NCBI RefSeq assembly: GCF_004010195.1
Contig: NC_057752.1
Location: 15,306,371-15,354,227, forward strand
DNA length: 47,857 nucleotides
Source of the DNA: Chiloscyllium plagiosum
Lineage: Eukaryota
Direction of reading: 5' to 3'
In this document: positions 1-11,055 of the stretch, piece by piece
Position numbering within the stretch: the stretch's first letter is position 1
Layout: every line of letters starts with the position of its first letter
Program-made: the position numbers and the translations under genes
The notes under the pieces: generated by a model
Told to the model about the DNA's origin: nothing
Databases searched by the model: none
What the model saw: only the letters and a program-made list of their open reading frames with translations

Positions 1-1225
1 CTCGACCACTTCCTTCCTGCCTGACAGGTATATACTTATCAAGGACATGCAGTAGCTGTTCCTTGAATAAGCTGCACATTTCAATTGTGCCCATCCCCTG
101 CGGTTTCCTTCCCCATCCTTTGCATCTTAAATCTTGCCTAATCGCATCATAATTGCCTTTCCCCCAGCGATAACTCTTGCCCTGCGGTATATACCGATCC
201 ATTTCCATCGCTCTCGTAAACATAACCAAATTATGGTCACTATCACCAAAGTGCTCATCTGCCTCCAAATCTAACACCTGCCCAGGTTCATTACCCAGCA
301 CCAAATCTAATGTGACCTCGCCCCTTGTTAGCCTGTCTGCATACTGTGTCAGGAAACCCTCCTGCTCACATTGGCCAAAAACTGACCCATCTAAATTACT
401 CGAACTGTAGTATTTCCAGTCAATATTTTGAAAGTTAAAGTCCCCCATAACAACTACCCTGTTACTCTCGATCTTATCCAGGATCATCTTTGCTATCCTT
501 TCCTCTACATCTCTGGAACTATTCGGAGACCTATAGAAAACCCCCAACAGGGTGACCTCTCCTTTCCTGTTTCTAACCTCAGCCCATACTATCTCTGTAG
601 ATGAGTCCTCAAAAGTCCTTTCTGCCACCATAATATTGTCATAGAATCATAGAGTCATAGAGATGTACAGCTCTTGACTAACAATGCCGCACCTCCCCCT
701 CTTTGACCATCTTCTCTGTTCTTATTGAAACATCTAAACCCCTGAACCTGTGACAATCATTCCTGTCCCTGCTCTATCCATGTTTCTGAAATGGCCACAG
801 CATCGAAATCCCAGGTACCAACCCATATTGCAAGTCCACCCACTTTATCCCGGATGCTCCTGCTCACCAGTGAACCCTTGTGACCTTGAAACCTCATTTC
901 TGATCTCTCTGCTCTCGACCTCCTGGACACTGGAATTACAATTTAGTTTCCCATCCCCCTGCTGAATTAGCTTAAACCTGCCAGAAAAGCATTAGTGAGT
1001 TTCCCCCGAGATATTGGTATCCCTCTGGTTCAGTTGTAAACAATCTGTTTGTACAGGTACCACCTACCCCAGAATGAGCCCCAAATATCCAGGTATCCTG
1101 CGCCATCCCTGTAGACACATGTTCAACTCCTCTCTCTCCTTATTCCTCGCCTCACTAGCTCATGGCAGGGCAACAAACCAGAGATAACTCTGTTTTTTCT
1201 AGCACTAAGCTTCCACCCTAGCTCA
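1..1225 (-). mobile_element. CR1-clade LINE fragment: ORF1 C-terminal esterase-like region plus ORF2 APE endonuclease domain
   Basis: Minus strand 640->2 reads without stops: ...VWAEVRNRKGEVTLLGVFYRSPNS...VVVMGDFNFQNIDW...LDLVLGNEPG...FGDSDHNLV..., with APE motifs GDFN and SDH. AVAISETW lies further upstream (~770-810). 970-1225 gives frameshifted ELGWKL..VISGLLP..IWGSFWGRWYLYKQ, typical of the CR1 ORF1 SGNH-esterase end. Confidence 0.92.
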
Positions 1226-1491
1226 ATGACAATGACAATAGCATGAGAAGCCTTGCTACACCTTGTGGAGAGAAACTTTCCAAAAGACGCAACAAAAATA
1301 AGAGAAGATGCAGCCTTTAATCTTTAACCTTCGAGTTTAGTTATGCTTGCTGTTACTATTGAACAAAGCTAATAAAATGTAAAGAAGAAATGTAGGAATA
1401 GGGCACAGTATAGAAAAATTCCAAAGGGAGGGTGATTATTTGGTAATGATGTCAATTGGAAATGAATTGACTCACAGTAGAAGTCGAAATT

Positions 1492-2120
1492 TGATACGTT
1501 CCAAGGAGGACCAGGACGCCAAAGTGTTAAACAGAAGGGACATTATTAGTTCGGTGTTCACTCTACAGTCAGCAGAGTTAATGAGAGCTGACTGTCTGCC
1601 CAAAATGGCTGGTGATCTCATCAATATGTCCCTTGACTAAACTCAAAATGACAGTCCACCACATTGACACAAATACACAACATCCCTCCCCTTTTCCGTC
1701 AGATGCTCCTGCAATGAAAACATTCACAATCATACATACAACACTCAATAGATAACATATTCTGGTGGACATCACTTCCTGTGATGCTGCAGGTGTACTT
1801 CAGGTGTCTGTCTGTCTTTCTTGTTCATTTTAATGTTTGGTGTTTTAGGCATACAAAGAACATAATCTTTTCCTGAGACGACAAGATGCTCACACAGTGT
1901 CATGGTATTGTCCACGAAGATATTGTCTCCCTCAGATGCTCCAGTTATTGTTGTGTCCTCGGGTAGAGCCAGGTCTCTGTTTGGCACAGTTATCTTCAAT
2001 TAATATTGCCTCTGGCACATTCATTCTGAGTTGCCAAGAGTTGATCTGCATGTCTTCTCCACACTACATTGTCTCACATTGTATGATACAGGAGACTGGT
2101 CCAGTCTGTACAATAATGAT
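1492..2120 (-). mobile_element. Gypsy/Ty3 LTR retrotransposon relic: integrase C-terminus, polypurine tract and 3' LTR
   Basis: Minus strand gives IVQTGPVS...(frameshift) DNVVWRRHADQLL, like the GPVSY..WRRH.DQL tail of Gypsy integrases. A PPT GGAAAAGGGGAGGGA (1697-1683) is immediately followed by TGTTGTG... running ~190 bp to ...GTATCA (1492), giving TG..CA LTR termini. Confidence 0.75.
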
Positions 2121-2520
2121 GGATGAATGATGATATATTGTCATGTGTATTTTACAGTGAATACGACAATAAAATACAATCCATCACCATTTTGAAGAGT
2201 GTAAGAATATAACTGATAGAGCTGAAAGGGAGCCAATCTATGTCATGCTGTTCCGCCATGAGTCCTGAGCTGGCTGACCAACAACAAATGCGCTGGCACC
2301 TCTCCTCCACCACCTCTCCTCCATCTGCCTTGGACCCACCAACGCAGGAGTCGCCACTCTTCAGGTGCCATCTCTTCGTCATTGGGACCACCTCACCAAC
2401 AGGCCGCCAATGCCGAAGCCAATGTCGGGTCCCATTCTGGACCCACACTCACCCTGCAACCAGCAAGCCCCAGATGGCACCCACTTTTCAGCAGTGCTGT
2501 ATTCCCTCACCAACACTTCA

Positions 2521-3028
2521 AGTCATAGAGATGTACAGCACGGAAGCAGACCCTTCAGTCCAACCCGTTCATGCCAACTAGATATCCCAACCCAATCTAG
2601 TCCCACCTGCCAGCACCCAACCCATATCCCTCTAAAACCTTACTATTCATATACCCATCCAGATGCCTTTTTAATGTTGTAATTGTACCAGCCTCCACCA
2701 CATCCTCTGGCAGCTCATTTTACACACGTACCACCCTCTGCGTGAAAAGGTTGCCCCTTCGGTACCCTTTGATATCTTTCCCCTCTCACCCTAAACTTAT
2801 GCCCTCTAGTTCTGGACTCTCCTACCCCAAGGAAAAGACTTTGTCAATTTATCCTATCCATGCCCCTCATGATTTTCGAAACCTCTATAAGGTCACCCCT
2901 CAGCCTCCGATACTCCAGGGAAAACAGCCACAGCCTGTTCAGCCTTTCCCTGTAGCTCAAATCCTCCAACCCTGGCAACATCCTTGTAAATCTTTCCTGA
3001 ACCCTTTCTAGTTTCACAACATCCTTCA
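2521..3028 (-). mobile_element. CR1 LINE 3' end (ORF2 C-terminus, 3'UTR, tail)
   Basis: Minus strand encodes KDVVKLERVQERFTRMLPGLEDLSYRERLNRL..LRGDLIEV and ends in the tail GCTGTACATCTCTATGACT. Confidence 0.9.
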
Positions 3029-3029
3029 G

Positions 3030-3270
3030 AGAGGGACATTTTTTATTCTAAATGGGGTGTTTGGCCTTGTTCTCCCATGAGAAAACCAGTTCCTGTTGTT
3101 TCCTGTCTTTTGTTATGAGTGGTTTCAACAAATCAAGTGCCGTGTACAACTGACAGTTTACCATAAGCAAAGCTGGAAGAATTTGAGTGGCCGAGTGGAT
3201 TGTTTTCCAGTATTGTTCAGAAAAATTGGTTTGGCCATTTGGATAGAGATCCTTGTTCTTGAGTTGCCGT
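3030..3270 (-). mobile_element. Gypsy integrase fragment (upstream part of the 1492-2120 relic)
   Basis: EQGSLSKWPNQF/ (frameshift) YWKTIHSATQILPALLMVNCQLYTALDLLKP resembles the Gypsy integrase motif YRxTPHSTT..SPA.LL..R.LRT.LDLL.P. It is on the same strand and collinear with 1492-2120. Confidence 0.7.
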
Positions 3271-3554
3271 GAAATCTTAAATGGGAAGGGCCTCCATAGC
3301 CTAACGTGCCATGACAACTTAAGCATGACTTCACTGAGGCTGCCTATTTCTATCCAAGTCCTAGCTCTAAACGTTTCCCTCCATGTGGGGCATTCATTAC
3401 TCAGAGCGTACCTCCAGGTCGGAGCAAGTGGTGAGTTTTTTTGCATTGTTCACCTCTTCCCTGGAGTGATTTCTTTTTCTGACTGACCACAAAGACCTTC
3501 ATGCTGTCTCTCAGACTACTTGCATCTGGGAAAACAGGACGGGAATGTTTCGAC

Positions 3555-3616
3555 AAAAAAACAGAAAATGATGGAGAGAGAAACAGATTCGGGTCCAGTG
3601 ACCCTTCCTTCAGAAG
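3555..3616 (-). mobile_element. Penelope-like terminal fragment with degenerate hammerhead motif
   Basis: Minus strand 3613-3588 reads CTGAAG(G)A-A-GGGTC-ACTG-GACCC-GAA. The stem II hairpin is intact; the helix III/cleavage site is deleted. Confidence 0.55.
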
Positions 3617-4280
3617 GAATGTTTAGGCCTGTCTAGCAGCTCAGATCTTAGCTAATGAGACAAGAGACACATGGAAAACATTATGTAAAGATGGCATGCT
3701 CATGCGAAAGATCCCTGATTGTGTTTGACCAATCTCCTTATGCATGGGGCTGAAGATGATTGGGGTGAGGGAGGGATTAACTGAATAACAGTCAGAATAA
3801 AGGCACCTTCAGTTTGTTTTTACAGGGTGGAGAGACCAGTAGAAATAAGGCAAGATGGAAGGGAGAGAGAAAGTCCGAAAGGCATAAAGAACAACGCTGC
3901 GCACTCTGTTGACAGGGTAGTAAAAGCCATTCCCTCTCCCTACATAGTTGGTCTAACTGTTCCGGATTCTCTCTCTGAAGACTGTAATCTTATGAATCGA
4001 TTTGACACAACTCTGTACCCAGTAGTTCTGTTAGATCTAACTATTCCCCTCCACTTTGCTAATCTCATCTGAACCTTCCATTGCATATTCTGTCCTTTCA
4101 CAGGGCCGTGGAGGAAAAGCATTTGGAATTCAAGATAAATATATCCACACAGTGCCATTCATCCAACCTCTGCACTGAGAATCGGGACAGTTTTGTCATG
4201 ATCTCTTCCTCTTTCATATTTCTCTGGGTACTTCACAAGACTGTTATTTAAGTTGGCCCCAACCTGTCAAGACTAGATCT

Positions 4281-4480
4281 TAGGGTCGTGGCCAATATTT
4301 ATCACTCAATGATCATCACTAAGGCTATTTGATCTGACCTTCATCACATGTTTTTGTTCATGCTATTGCTGTACTGTTTCTTGCATTACAATAGTGACAG
4401 CAGTTGAGAGCTGGCTGTGAAGTGCCCTGCGCCATCCTGAGGTCGTGAAAAGTGCTATATAAATGCAGAACTCTATTTTT
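4281..4480 (+). mobile_element. Deu-domain SINE (SacSINE1-like) 3' half, degenerate
   Basis: TGGCCAATATTTATCACTCAA...CATTACAATAGTGAC...CCTGAGGTCGTGAAAAGTGCTATATAAATGCA matches my recollection of the shark Deu-SINE 3' region. Confidence 0.7.
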
Positions 4481-6080
4481 ATTGTGCACAAAATTGCTTT
4501 AATTGTCAATAATGACGAAGGTACTTTATTAAAATCCAACAGCTCCCATCTATAACAGCCTGATGCAGTGAGAGCGTTCGAGATGGAAGTGTTTGTTTTT
4601 GTCCCACTAGTTCCTCAAAGATTATCGTTGTTTGTGTCTTTCAGCGATTTGCTGGCAAACATATCTCAATATTACCTGGAGGCCAATTTAGGTACTGCAG
4701 CATCATGAACTCCTTCTTAACTTGCTCCCAGCTACAGTCAGCAGAAAGAAGATGTTACTTTGATAAAGTACTCAACAAACTGAATTTTGAAAAGCAGTAA
4801 TGTTAAGCAAAATACCGACAACATTTTAAAAAAAGAAAATCATTGGCTTCACTGTAACTTTATCGAAATGGTTAACAAAACTACCAGTAAGTAACTGTTC
4901 TAATATAGTAAAATCCCATAAACACACCCTTGAAAACATAAATAAAATAGATTGTCTCACATACAATTCGAGCAGCAGGAGAGAACCCCAGCTTTTAGCT
5001 GTAACAGAGTGAGGAATAAGAGCTTCCACATCCAGTTTCAAGATCCCAGCAACTGCAGAAAGTGAAAACAAAAAATTCTGGTTCTGTGGGAGCTTGACCC
5101 CACTCATTCAGGCTGCTTCTATTGTTTCAACTTTAAAATAAAGCCCCAAGGTTTCACAAGCTGTTTACTTTAATAGCTTAATTTGGCTTTGTCTCAACCT
5201 TTCTTCATAAAAAATCCAGGACAGAATACACCTCTTAAAGCTATAGTATTGTCACAGTATCCATCCATTCTGTGCTTGCTCATGTATCCATCCAACTGTC
5301 TGTCAAGCCTTGTTCTCGCATCTGCTTTCAACACCTCCCCAGGCACCCACCACCCTCCATTGCTCTGTTCCTTCTTTTCCGGGCTCTCTTTCCACCTCTA
5401 TCGTTGCTGGAATCTTGTTTACAAACAGGAATACATAGCTGATATGCTGCACATCAAATCTGTTTATCTACAAAGCTACCATGAAAGAGGGAGCAGGATC
5501 TGTCCTGCACACAGCAGACTGACCTGGCAAAACATCCGGCAGTCTTACTGTTTGTCTGCAAGACTAACACTCACACTGAACGTTCAGCAACATCTTTCTT
5601 TCTTTCTCTGTCTGTCTTCCTCTCTTTCTCTGCCATCCTCTCTCTTTCTGGCGTTGCAATCCGATGGGTTTGGATGTATCGCAGGGGATGTATCGTATTT
5701 TACCACCTGAAGGTTGAAGTTTCCACAGGCATTGATAATCGAAATGAATTCTCAATCATTTATTGACCAAGTTGCTCTGGATTTCTGTCACATGCAAATA
5801 TTAGAAATGATTAAAAACTGCCCATTTCTTTTAAAAGATGGATACTGCTGGACTTTGAAAATGGCTGCTATGGATCGCCTCACTCCTGGAACTGCAATTG
5901 GTCAAGCTTCCGGAAGCTTTGAGAAGTCGATTACAAGGGGCAGGCCGGGTCAGTTTCCCTGTAGAATTTCAGAGCTGCCATTGTCAGGACCCAAAGCCAA
6001 AACACTGATTCAATATGCCCAGACTCCCCGTCTCCAAACTTGGCTCAGTAACAAAGGACACCCATTGAAATTCATATAAT

Positions 6081-6200
6081 CAAAACAAAATAGTTTGAAT
6101 GCTGGAGATCTGAAATAAAAACGGTGCTGGAGAAAACTCAGCATAACTGGAGAAAGAAAATGAGTTAATGTTTGGAGTTCAACATGACTCTTCTAGGAAA
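6081..6200 (-). mobile_element. Degenerate Penelope-like terminal fragment
   Basis: ATGCTGGAGATCTGAAATAAAAAC..GTGCTGGAGAAAACTCAGCA resembles the GATGCTGGAGATC..GTGCTGGAAA terminus of the other Penelope copies here. A decayed hammerhead-like hairpin lies on the minus strand at ~6165-6197. Confidence 0.5.
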
Positions 6201-6332
6201 CAGTCATTATACCTAAGGAAATGTGCAACTATGTATCTTTGATTGTATCTTCAATGGTTTGACCATGAGGATAGAGGCTACATTGTTAACAGAAAAATAT
6301 TTTATTGCTGTCCACTGTATTCTGATGAAAGG

Positions 6333-6678
6333 TCATAGAATCCCTACAGTGTGGAAACAGGCCCTTCAGCCCAACAAGTTCCAATAAGTAACCTCCAATA
6401 AGTAACTCACCCAGACCCATTCCCCGAACCTATGACTCTACATTTAACCCTACCTAATGCACGTAACCTATGCATCCCTGGACATTATGGGCAATTTAGC
6501 ATGGCCAATTCACCTAACCTCTGGAATGTAGGAGGAAACCGGAGCACCCGGAGGAAACCCACGCAGACACGGAGAGAATGTGCAAACTCCACACAGACAA
6601 TCAGCTGAGGCTAGAATTGGACCCGGGTCCCTGGCGCTGTGTGGCAGCAGTGCTAACCACTGGGTCGCAGTGCCGCCC
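6333..6678 (-). mobile_element. HE1-type tRNA-derived V-SINE, full length
   Basis: Minus strand: head GGGCGGCAC..CAGTGGTTAGCACTGCTGCC..GGGTCCAATTC (pol III A/B boxes), V-domain TGTGTGGAGTTTGCACATTCTC..GGTTTCCTCCGGGTGCTCCGGTTTCCTCC, and CR1-like tail GGGCCTGTTTCCACACTGTAGGGATTCTATGA. Confidence 0.92.
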
Positions 6679-6839
6679 ACCAGCTATATGGGTGGTGTCA
6701 TTTTTAGAGTTTGGAGTTAAAACTAGTGGCATATTGGTGTTGGTTACTTCTGTTTGAAGGGGTTCAAAATAAAATAAAGTCAGATACTTCTTACAGAACT
6801 GTTACCTAATCCAGTACGGGTCAGAAAACAGGTGACGTC

Positions 6840-6921
6840 AAGTCTCAGAGTAAAGGGTCGACCCTTTAGAACTGAGATGAGGAGGAATTTCTGAAGCCAG
6901 AGGATAGTGAATCTGTGGAAC
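6840..6921 (+). mobile_element. Short CR1 LINE ORF2 C-terminal fragment
   Basis: AGTCTCAGAGTAAAGGG..CCCTTTAGAACTGAGATGAGGAGGAATTTC..CAGAGGATAGTGAATCTGTGGAA is homologous to 11690-11770. Confidence 0.7.
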
Positions 6922-6927
6922 CAATTG

Positions 6928-7080
6928 GAAGTGGACAGGTAGGACAGGTCAAGAGGTCGGTGCTGAGTTGGAAGGTTGGATCTGGGGTAAGGTGTCGAGA
7001 GTGGTGAAATCTACATTGATGCCGTGTGGTTGGAGGGTCCCAAGGCAGAAGATGAGGCACTCTTCCTCCAGGCATCAGGC
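6928..7080 (-). mobile_element. Penelope-like element fragment (GIY-YIG endonuclease C-terminus and 3' region)
   Basis: Minus strand encodes LEEECLIFCLGTLQPHGINVDF, the LE..LI..LGTL.P.G.N ending of Penelope GIY-YIG domains. Homologous to 8350-8513. Confidence 0.8.
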
Positions 7081-7084
7081 ATCG

Positions 7085-8615
7085 GGGGCCTAGAATCTGG
7101 CGGTGGATTGCAGGGGCTGATTCGAGTAGTTTATTTGTAGACAAAGGGACCTCCGGCAAGTGGGAAGCTTTTAAAAAGTGAGATCGTTAGAGTTCAAGGT
7201 CGACATGTTCCTGTGAGGGTGAAAGGCAAGGTTGGCAGGAATAGGGAACCCGGGATGACAAGAGATGTTGAGGCTTTGACCAGAAAAAAGAAGCAGGTAT
7301 GGATCAGGTACAGGCAACTGGGATCAAGGGAATCCCTGGAGGTATATTGGGAATACAGGAGTTTACTGAAGAAGGAAATCAGGAGGGTGCGAGATAGCCT
7401 TGGCTGAGAAGATTAGGATGAATCCAAAAAGGTTCTTTAAGTATATTAAAGTAAAAGAAAAACAATAACTAGAGAGAAAATCGGGCCACTCAAGGACCAA
7501 AGTGGAGATGTATGTGCAGAACAGCAGCAGATGGGCAAGGTCTTCAATGAATATTTCTTCTCTCTGTTTACTGGCCTTCACCAGTCAGGGCACTGAGTAT
7601 AGAAATTGGGAAGTTATGTTGCAGTTGTACAGGATGTTGGTGAGGCCGAACCTGGAGTATTATGTTCAGTTTTGATCACCTTGCTATCAGAAGGATGTTA
7701 TCAAACTGGAAACAGTGCCAAAGAAATTTTCAAGAATGTTACCTGGACTCAAGGGTCTGAGTTATAGGGAGGGGTTGGACAAGCTAGGACACTTTTCGCT
7801 GGAGCAGAGGAGACTTCGAGAGGAGGGGGAATCATATAGAAATTTATAAGATAATTGGAGGCATGGATAACGTGAATGCACTCAGTGTTTTTCCCAGGGT
7901 TAGGGAATTGAGGACTAGAGGGCATCAGTTAAAGGTTAGAGGGGAAAGCATAAAAAGGAACATGACGAGTAACATTTTTACACAGTGGATGGTACGCATA
8001 TGGAATGAGCTGCCAGCGGAAGTGGTCGAGGTGGATACGTTAACAACATTCATGAAAAGCATTTGGACAAATACATGGCCAGAAAGTATTAGAATGATAT
8101 GGAGAAAGTGAGGATTGCAGATGCTGGAGATCAGAGTCGAGAGTGTGGTGCTGGAAAGAACAGCCGGTCAGGCAGCATCAGAGGAGCAGGAGAGTTGACG
8201 CTTTGGACATAAGGAATGAGGCTTGTGGGCCAGAGGGGTGGAGAGATAAATGGGAAGAGGGTGGGGCTGGACGGGAAGGGAGCTGTGAATGAGATAGGTA
8301 GGTGAAGGTACGGGAGAAGGTGATAGGTTGGAGAGGAGGGTGGAGCGGATAGGTGGGAAAGGTGATTGACAGGTCAGGAGGATGGTGCCCAGTTGGAGAC
8401 TTGGAGCTGGCATAATGTGGGGGGAGAGGAAATGAAGGAAGTGTTGAAATCCACATGGAACCGGTGTGGTTGCAGGGTCCCAAGGTGGAATATGAGGCAT
8501 TCTTCCTTTAGGCCAAGTGCAGGGAAATGGGGTTAGCGTGGATGGATAGTTTGGTCAGCCTTGACCAGTTTGGGCCAAAAGGCCTGTCTCGGTGCTGTAG
8601 GACTCTGTGACTCTA
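7085..8615 (+). mobile_element. CR1 LINE ORF2 with large internal deletion; 3'UTR interrupted by a Penelope element (8101-8513)
   Basis: WEAFK..RVQGRHVPVRVKGKVGRNREP.MTRDVE and NPKRFFKYIK, then a jump at ~7572 to MLQLYRMLVRPNLEYYVQF and IWNELPAEVVE. The 3'UTR resumes at 8511 (GGCCAAGTGCAGG) and ends in GACTCTGTGACTCTA. Confidence 0.88.
8101..8513 (-). mobile_element. Penelope-like element 3' end (GIY-YIG C-terminus through terminal repeat)
   Basis: Minus strand LKEECLIFHLGTLQPHRFHVDFN, followed by a pyrimidine-rich 3' region and the terminal repeat ..GATGCTGCCTGACC..TTCCAGCACCAC..CTCCAGCATCTGCAATCCTCACTTTCTCC. The hammerhead core is deleted in this copy. This copy ties the terminal-repeat family to a Penelope ORF. 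Confidence 0.85.
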
Positions 8616-8617
8616 TT

Positions 8618-8785
8618 AGTGGGGGATGTTCACCGATGATTGCACAATGTTCAGCACCATTCTCGACTCCTCAGATACTGAAGTTGTCCATGTTCAAATG
8701 CAACAAGATCTGGACAATATCCAGGCTTGGGCTGATAAGTGGCAAGTGACATTTGTGCCACACAAATGCCAGGCTATGATCATCA
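8618..8785 (+). mobile_element. Second LINE family (CR1/L2 group) RT fragment
   Basis: GMFTDDCTMFSTILDSSDTEVVHVQMQQDLDNIQAWADKWQVTFVPHKCQAM: F(A/T)DD catalytic motif plus DL..I..W..KW. Homologous to 10577-10720. Confidence 0.85.
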
Positions 8786-8786
8786 A

Positions 8787-8875
8787 CATTACTAATGAAG
8801 AGCTTATGCCCAAAACATGGACTCGCCTGCTCCTTGGATGCTGTGCTTTTTTCAGCACCATATCGTTCGTCTCTG
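8787..8875 (+). mobile_element. Degenerate Penelope terminal-repeat fragment starting at a decayed hammerhead
   Basis: CATTA-CTAATGA-A-GAGC-TTAT-GCCC-AAAACATG..CCTGCTCCTTGGATGCTGTGCTTTTTTCAGCACCA aligns by eye to 15036-15120. Confidence 0.7.
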
Positions 8876-9071
8876 GATTAATTGGCCATCAACTCCCCTT
8901 TCTTTACCATTCTCTTCACTGTTCACATTGTTTCTTACTCTCATGTGGTCTGCAAATTTTGAAACCATACCCAGTACACCAAGGCCTCGTCATTAGTATA
9001 CATCAGGGAGTGCAAGAACAGGATATCTCTGCAGGACTTCCTCAGGGGAGTGTCCTTCATCCAACAACCAT

Positions 9072-10348
9072 AGTTTGATTTGAGATAGTCAGCACAGCTT
9101 TGTGAGAGGCAGTCCTGCCTCACAAGTGTCATTGAATTCTTTGAGGATGTGACAAAACAGATTGATGAAAGTAGAGTAGTAGATGTGGTGTACATGGATT
9201 TTCACAAGGTGTTTGATAAGGTTCCCCATGGTAAGCTCATTCAGAAAGTAAGGAGGCATGGGATACAGGGAAATCTGGCTGTCTGGATACAGAATTGGCT
9301 GGCCCATAGAAGGCAGAGGGTGTTGGTAGATGGAAATTATTCAGCCTGGAGCTCGGTGACCTGTGGTATTCCACAGGGATCGGTTCTGGGACCTCTGCTC
9401 TTTGTAGTTTTTATAAATGACTTGGATGAGGAAGTGGGAGGGTGGGTTAGTAAGTTTGCCGATGACACAAAGGTCAGTGGAGTTGTGAATAGTATGGCAG
9501 CTGTTGTTAGGTTGCAACAGGACATTGACAGGATGCAGAGCTGGGCTGATAAGTGGCAGATGAAGTTCAACCTGGAAAAGTGTGAAGTGATTCATTTTGG
9601 AAGGTCGAATTTGAATGAAAATTATAGGGTTAAAGGCAGTGTGGAGGAACAGAGGGATCTTGGGGTCTACATACATAGATCCCTCAAAGCTGCCATCCAA
9701 GTTGATAGGGGTGTTAAGAACGCGCTGTGATGTGTTGGCTTTCATTAAAAGGGCATTGAGTTTAAGAGCTGCAAGATTATGCTGCAGCTCTATCGACTCC
9801 TGTTGAGACCACACTTGGAATATTGTGTTCAGTTCTGGTCGCCTCATTATAGGAAGGATGTGGAAGCTTTAGAGAGGGTACAGAGGAGATTTACCAGGAT
9901 GCTGCCTGGACTGGAGGGCATGTCTGATAAAGAAGGGTTGAGAGAACTTGGGCTTTTCTCATTGGAGTGAAGATGGATGAGAGGTGACTTGATAGAGATG
10001 TATAAGATGACGAGAGGCATAGATGGAGTACATAGTCAGAGACCTTTTTCCATAGGAAAAATGGCTATCAGGAGGGGGCATAATTTTAAGGTGATTAGAG
10101 GAAGGTTTCGGGGAGATGTCAGAAGTAGGTTCTTTATGCAGAGAGTGGTGGGTGGGTGGAATGCACTGCCAGCAGTCGTAGTAGAGTCAGATATATTAGG
10201 GACATTTAAGCGACTCTTAGATAGGCACATAGATGATGTACAATGAAAGGTATGTAGGTTAGTTTGATCTTAGAGTAGGATAAAAGGTCAGCACAACATC
10301 AAGGTCCAAAGGGCTGTGCTGTACTGTACTGTTCTATGTTCTATGTTC
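9072..10348 (+). mobile_element. CR1 LINE, 5'-truncated, RT domain to 3' tail
   Basis: VDVVYMDFHKVFDKVPH..GIPQGSVLGPLLFVVFINDL..SKFADDTKV..LEYCVQFWSPHYRKDVEALERVQRRFTRMLPGL, with stops and frameshifts. Tail GTTCTATGTTCTATGTTC. Confidence 0.95.
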
Positions 10349-10390
10349 AATTTAACCTTCAGCAATTTCACCAGTGATCTTCCTTCTATC

Positions 10391-10550
10391 GCATTTCCAA
10401 TGCCCCTCCCCCAAGTCCCTCCTCCCTACCTTTTATCTTAGCCTGCTTGGCACACTTTCCTCATTCCTGAAGAAGGGCTCATGCTCCTGCTTCTCCTGCT
10501 CCTTGGATGCTGCCTGACCTGCTGCACTTTTCCAGCAACACATTTTCAGC
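10391..10550 (+). mobile_element. Short Penelope-derived insertion with 14-bp TSD
   Basis: Flanked by ATCTTCCTTCTATC at 10377-10390 and 10551-10564. Contains CCTGAAGAAGGGCTCATGC (hammerhead 3' half lost) and the GATGCTGCCTGACCTGCTG terminal repeat. Confidence 0.85.
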
Positions 10551-10837
10551 ATCTTCCTTCTATCATAAGGTTCAAAGTGGGGATGTTCACCGATGATTGT
10601 ACAATGTTCAGTGTCATTTGCACTCCTCAGATAGTGATGCAATCTATGTTCAAATGCAGCAAGTCAACATTCAAGCTTGGCAAATAACATTTTGTGCCAC
10701 ACCAGTGCCAGGCAATCACCATCTCCGACAAGAGAGAATCTCACCATCATCTCTTGACATTCAATGGTATTACCATTGCTGAACACTCCACTGTCAACGT
10801 CAGTGGGGGTTACCATTGACCAGAAATTGAAGTGGGC

Positions 10838-11055
10838 AAAAGTGAGGACTGCAGATGCTGGAAACCAGAGTTTAGATCAGAGTGGTGCTGGAAAAGCACA
10901 ACCGGTCAGGCAGCATCCGAGGAGCAGGAAAATCAACATTTCGGGCAAAAGCCCCTTCATCCTGATGAAGGGCTTTTGCCCGAAACATCGATTTTCCTGC
11001 TCCTCGGATGCTGCCTGACCGGTTGTGCTTTTCCAGCACCACTCTGATCTAAACC
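10838..11055. mobile_element. Palindromic Penelope-derived mini-element with 18-bp TSD
   Basis: TSD CCAGAAA(T/C)TGAAGTGGGC at 10820-10837 and 11056-11073. About 91-bp inverted arms at 10870-10960 and 10964-11054, plus an unpaired ~32-bp antisense terminus at 10838-10869. Confidence 0.9.
10962..10989 (+). ncRNA. Minimal type I hammerhead ribozyme motif (helix III mutated)
   Basis: CTGATGA-A-GGGC-TTTT-GCCC-GAAA-C-ATC. Helix III palindrome ACGT has become ACAT. Confidence 0.7.

Noticed and set aside
5183..6079. 175-aa and 121-aa ORFs as host genes
   Set aside because: Non-ATG starts, no recognisable domain, and the first runs through decayed repeat and low-complexity pyrimidine sequence.
10838..11055. 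MITE / DNA transposon or miRNA precursor
   Set aside because: The long TSD, asymmetric extension and homology to the Penelope terminus linked to GIY-YIG at 8101-8513 indicate a retroelement inversion product.
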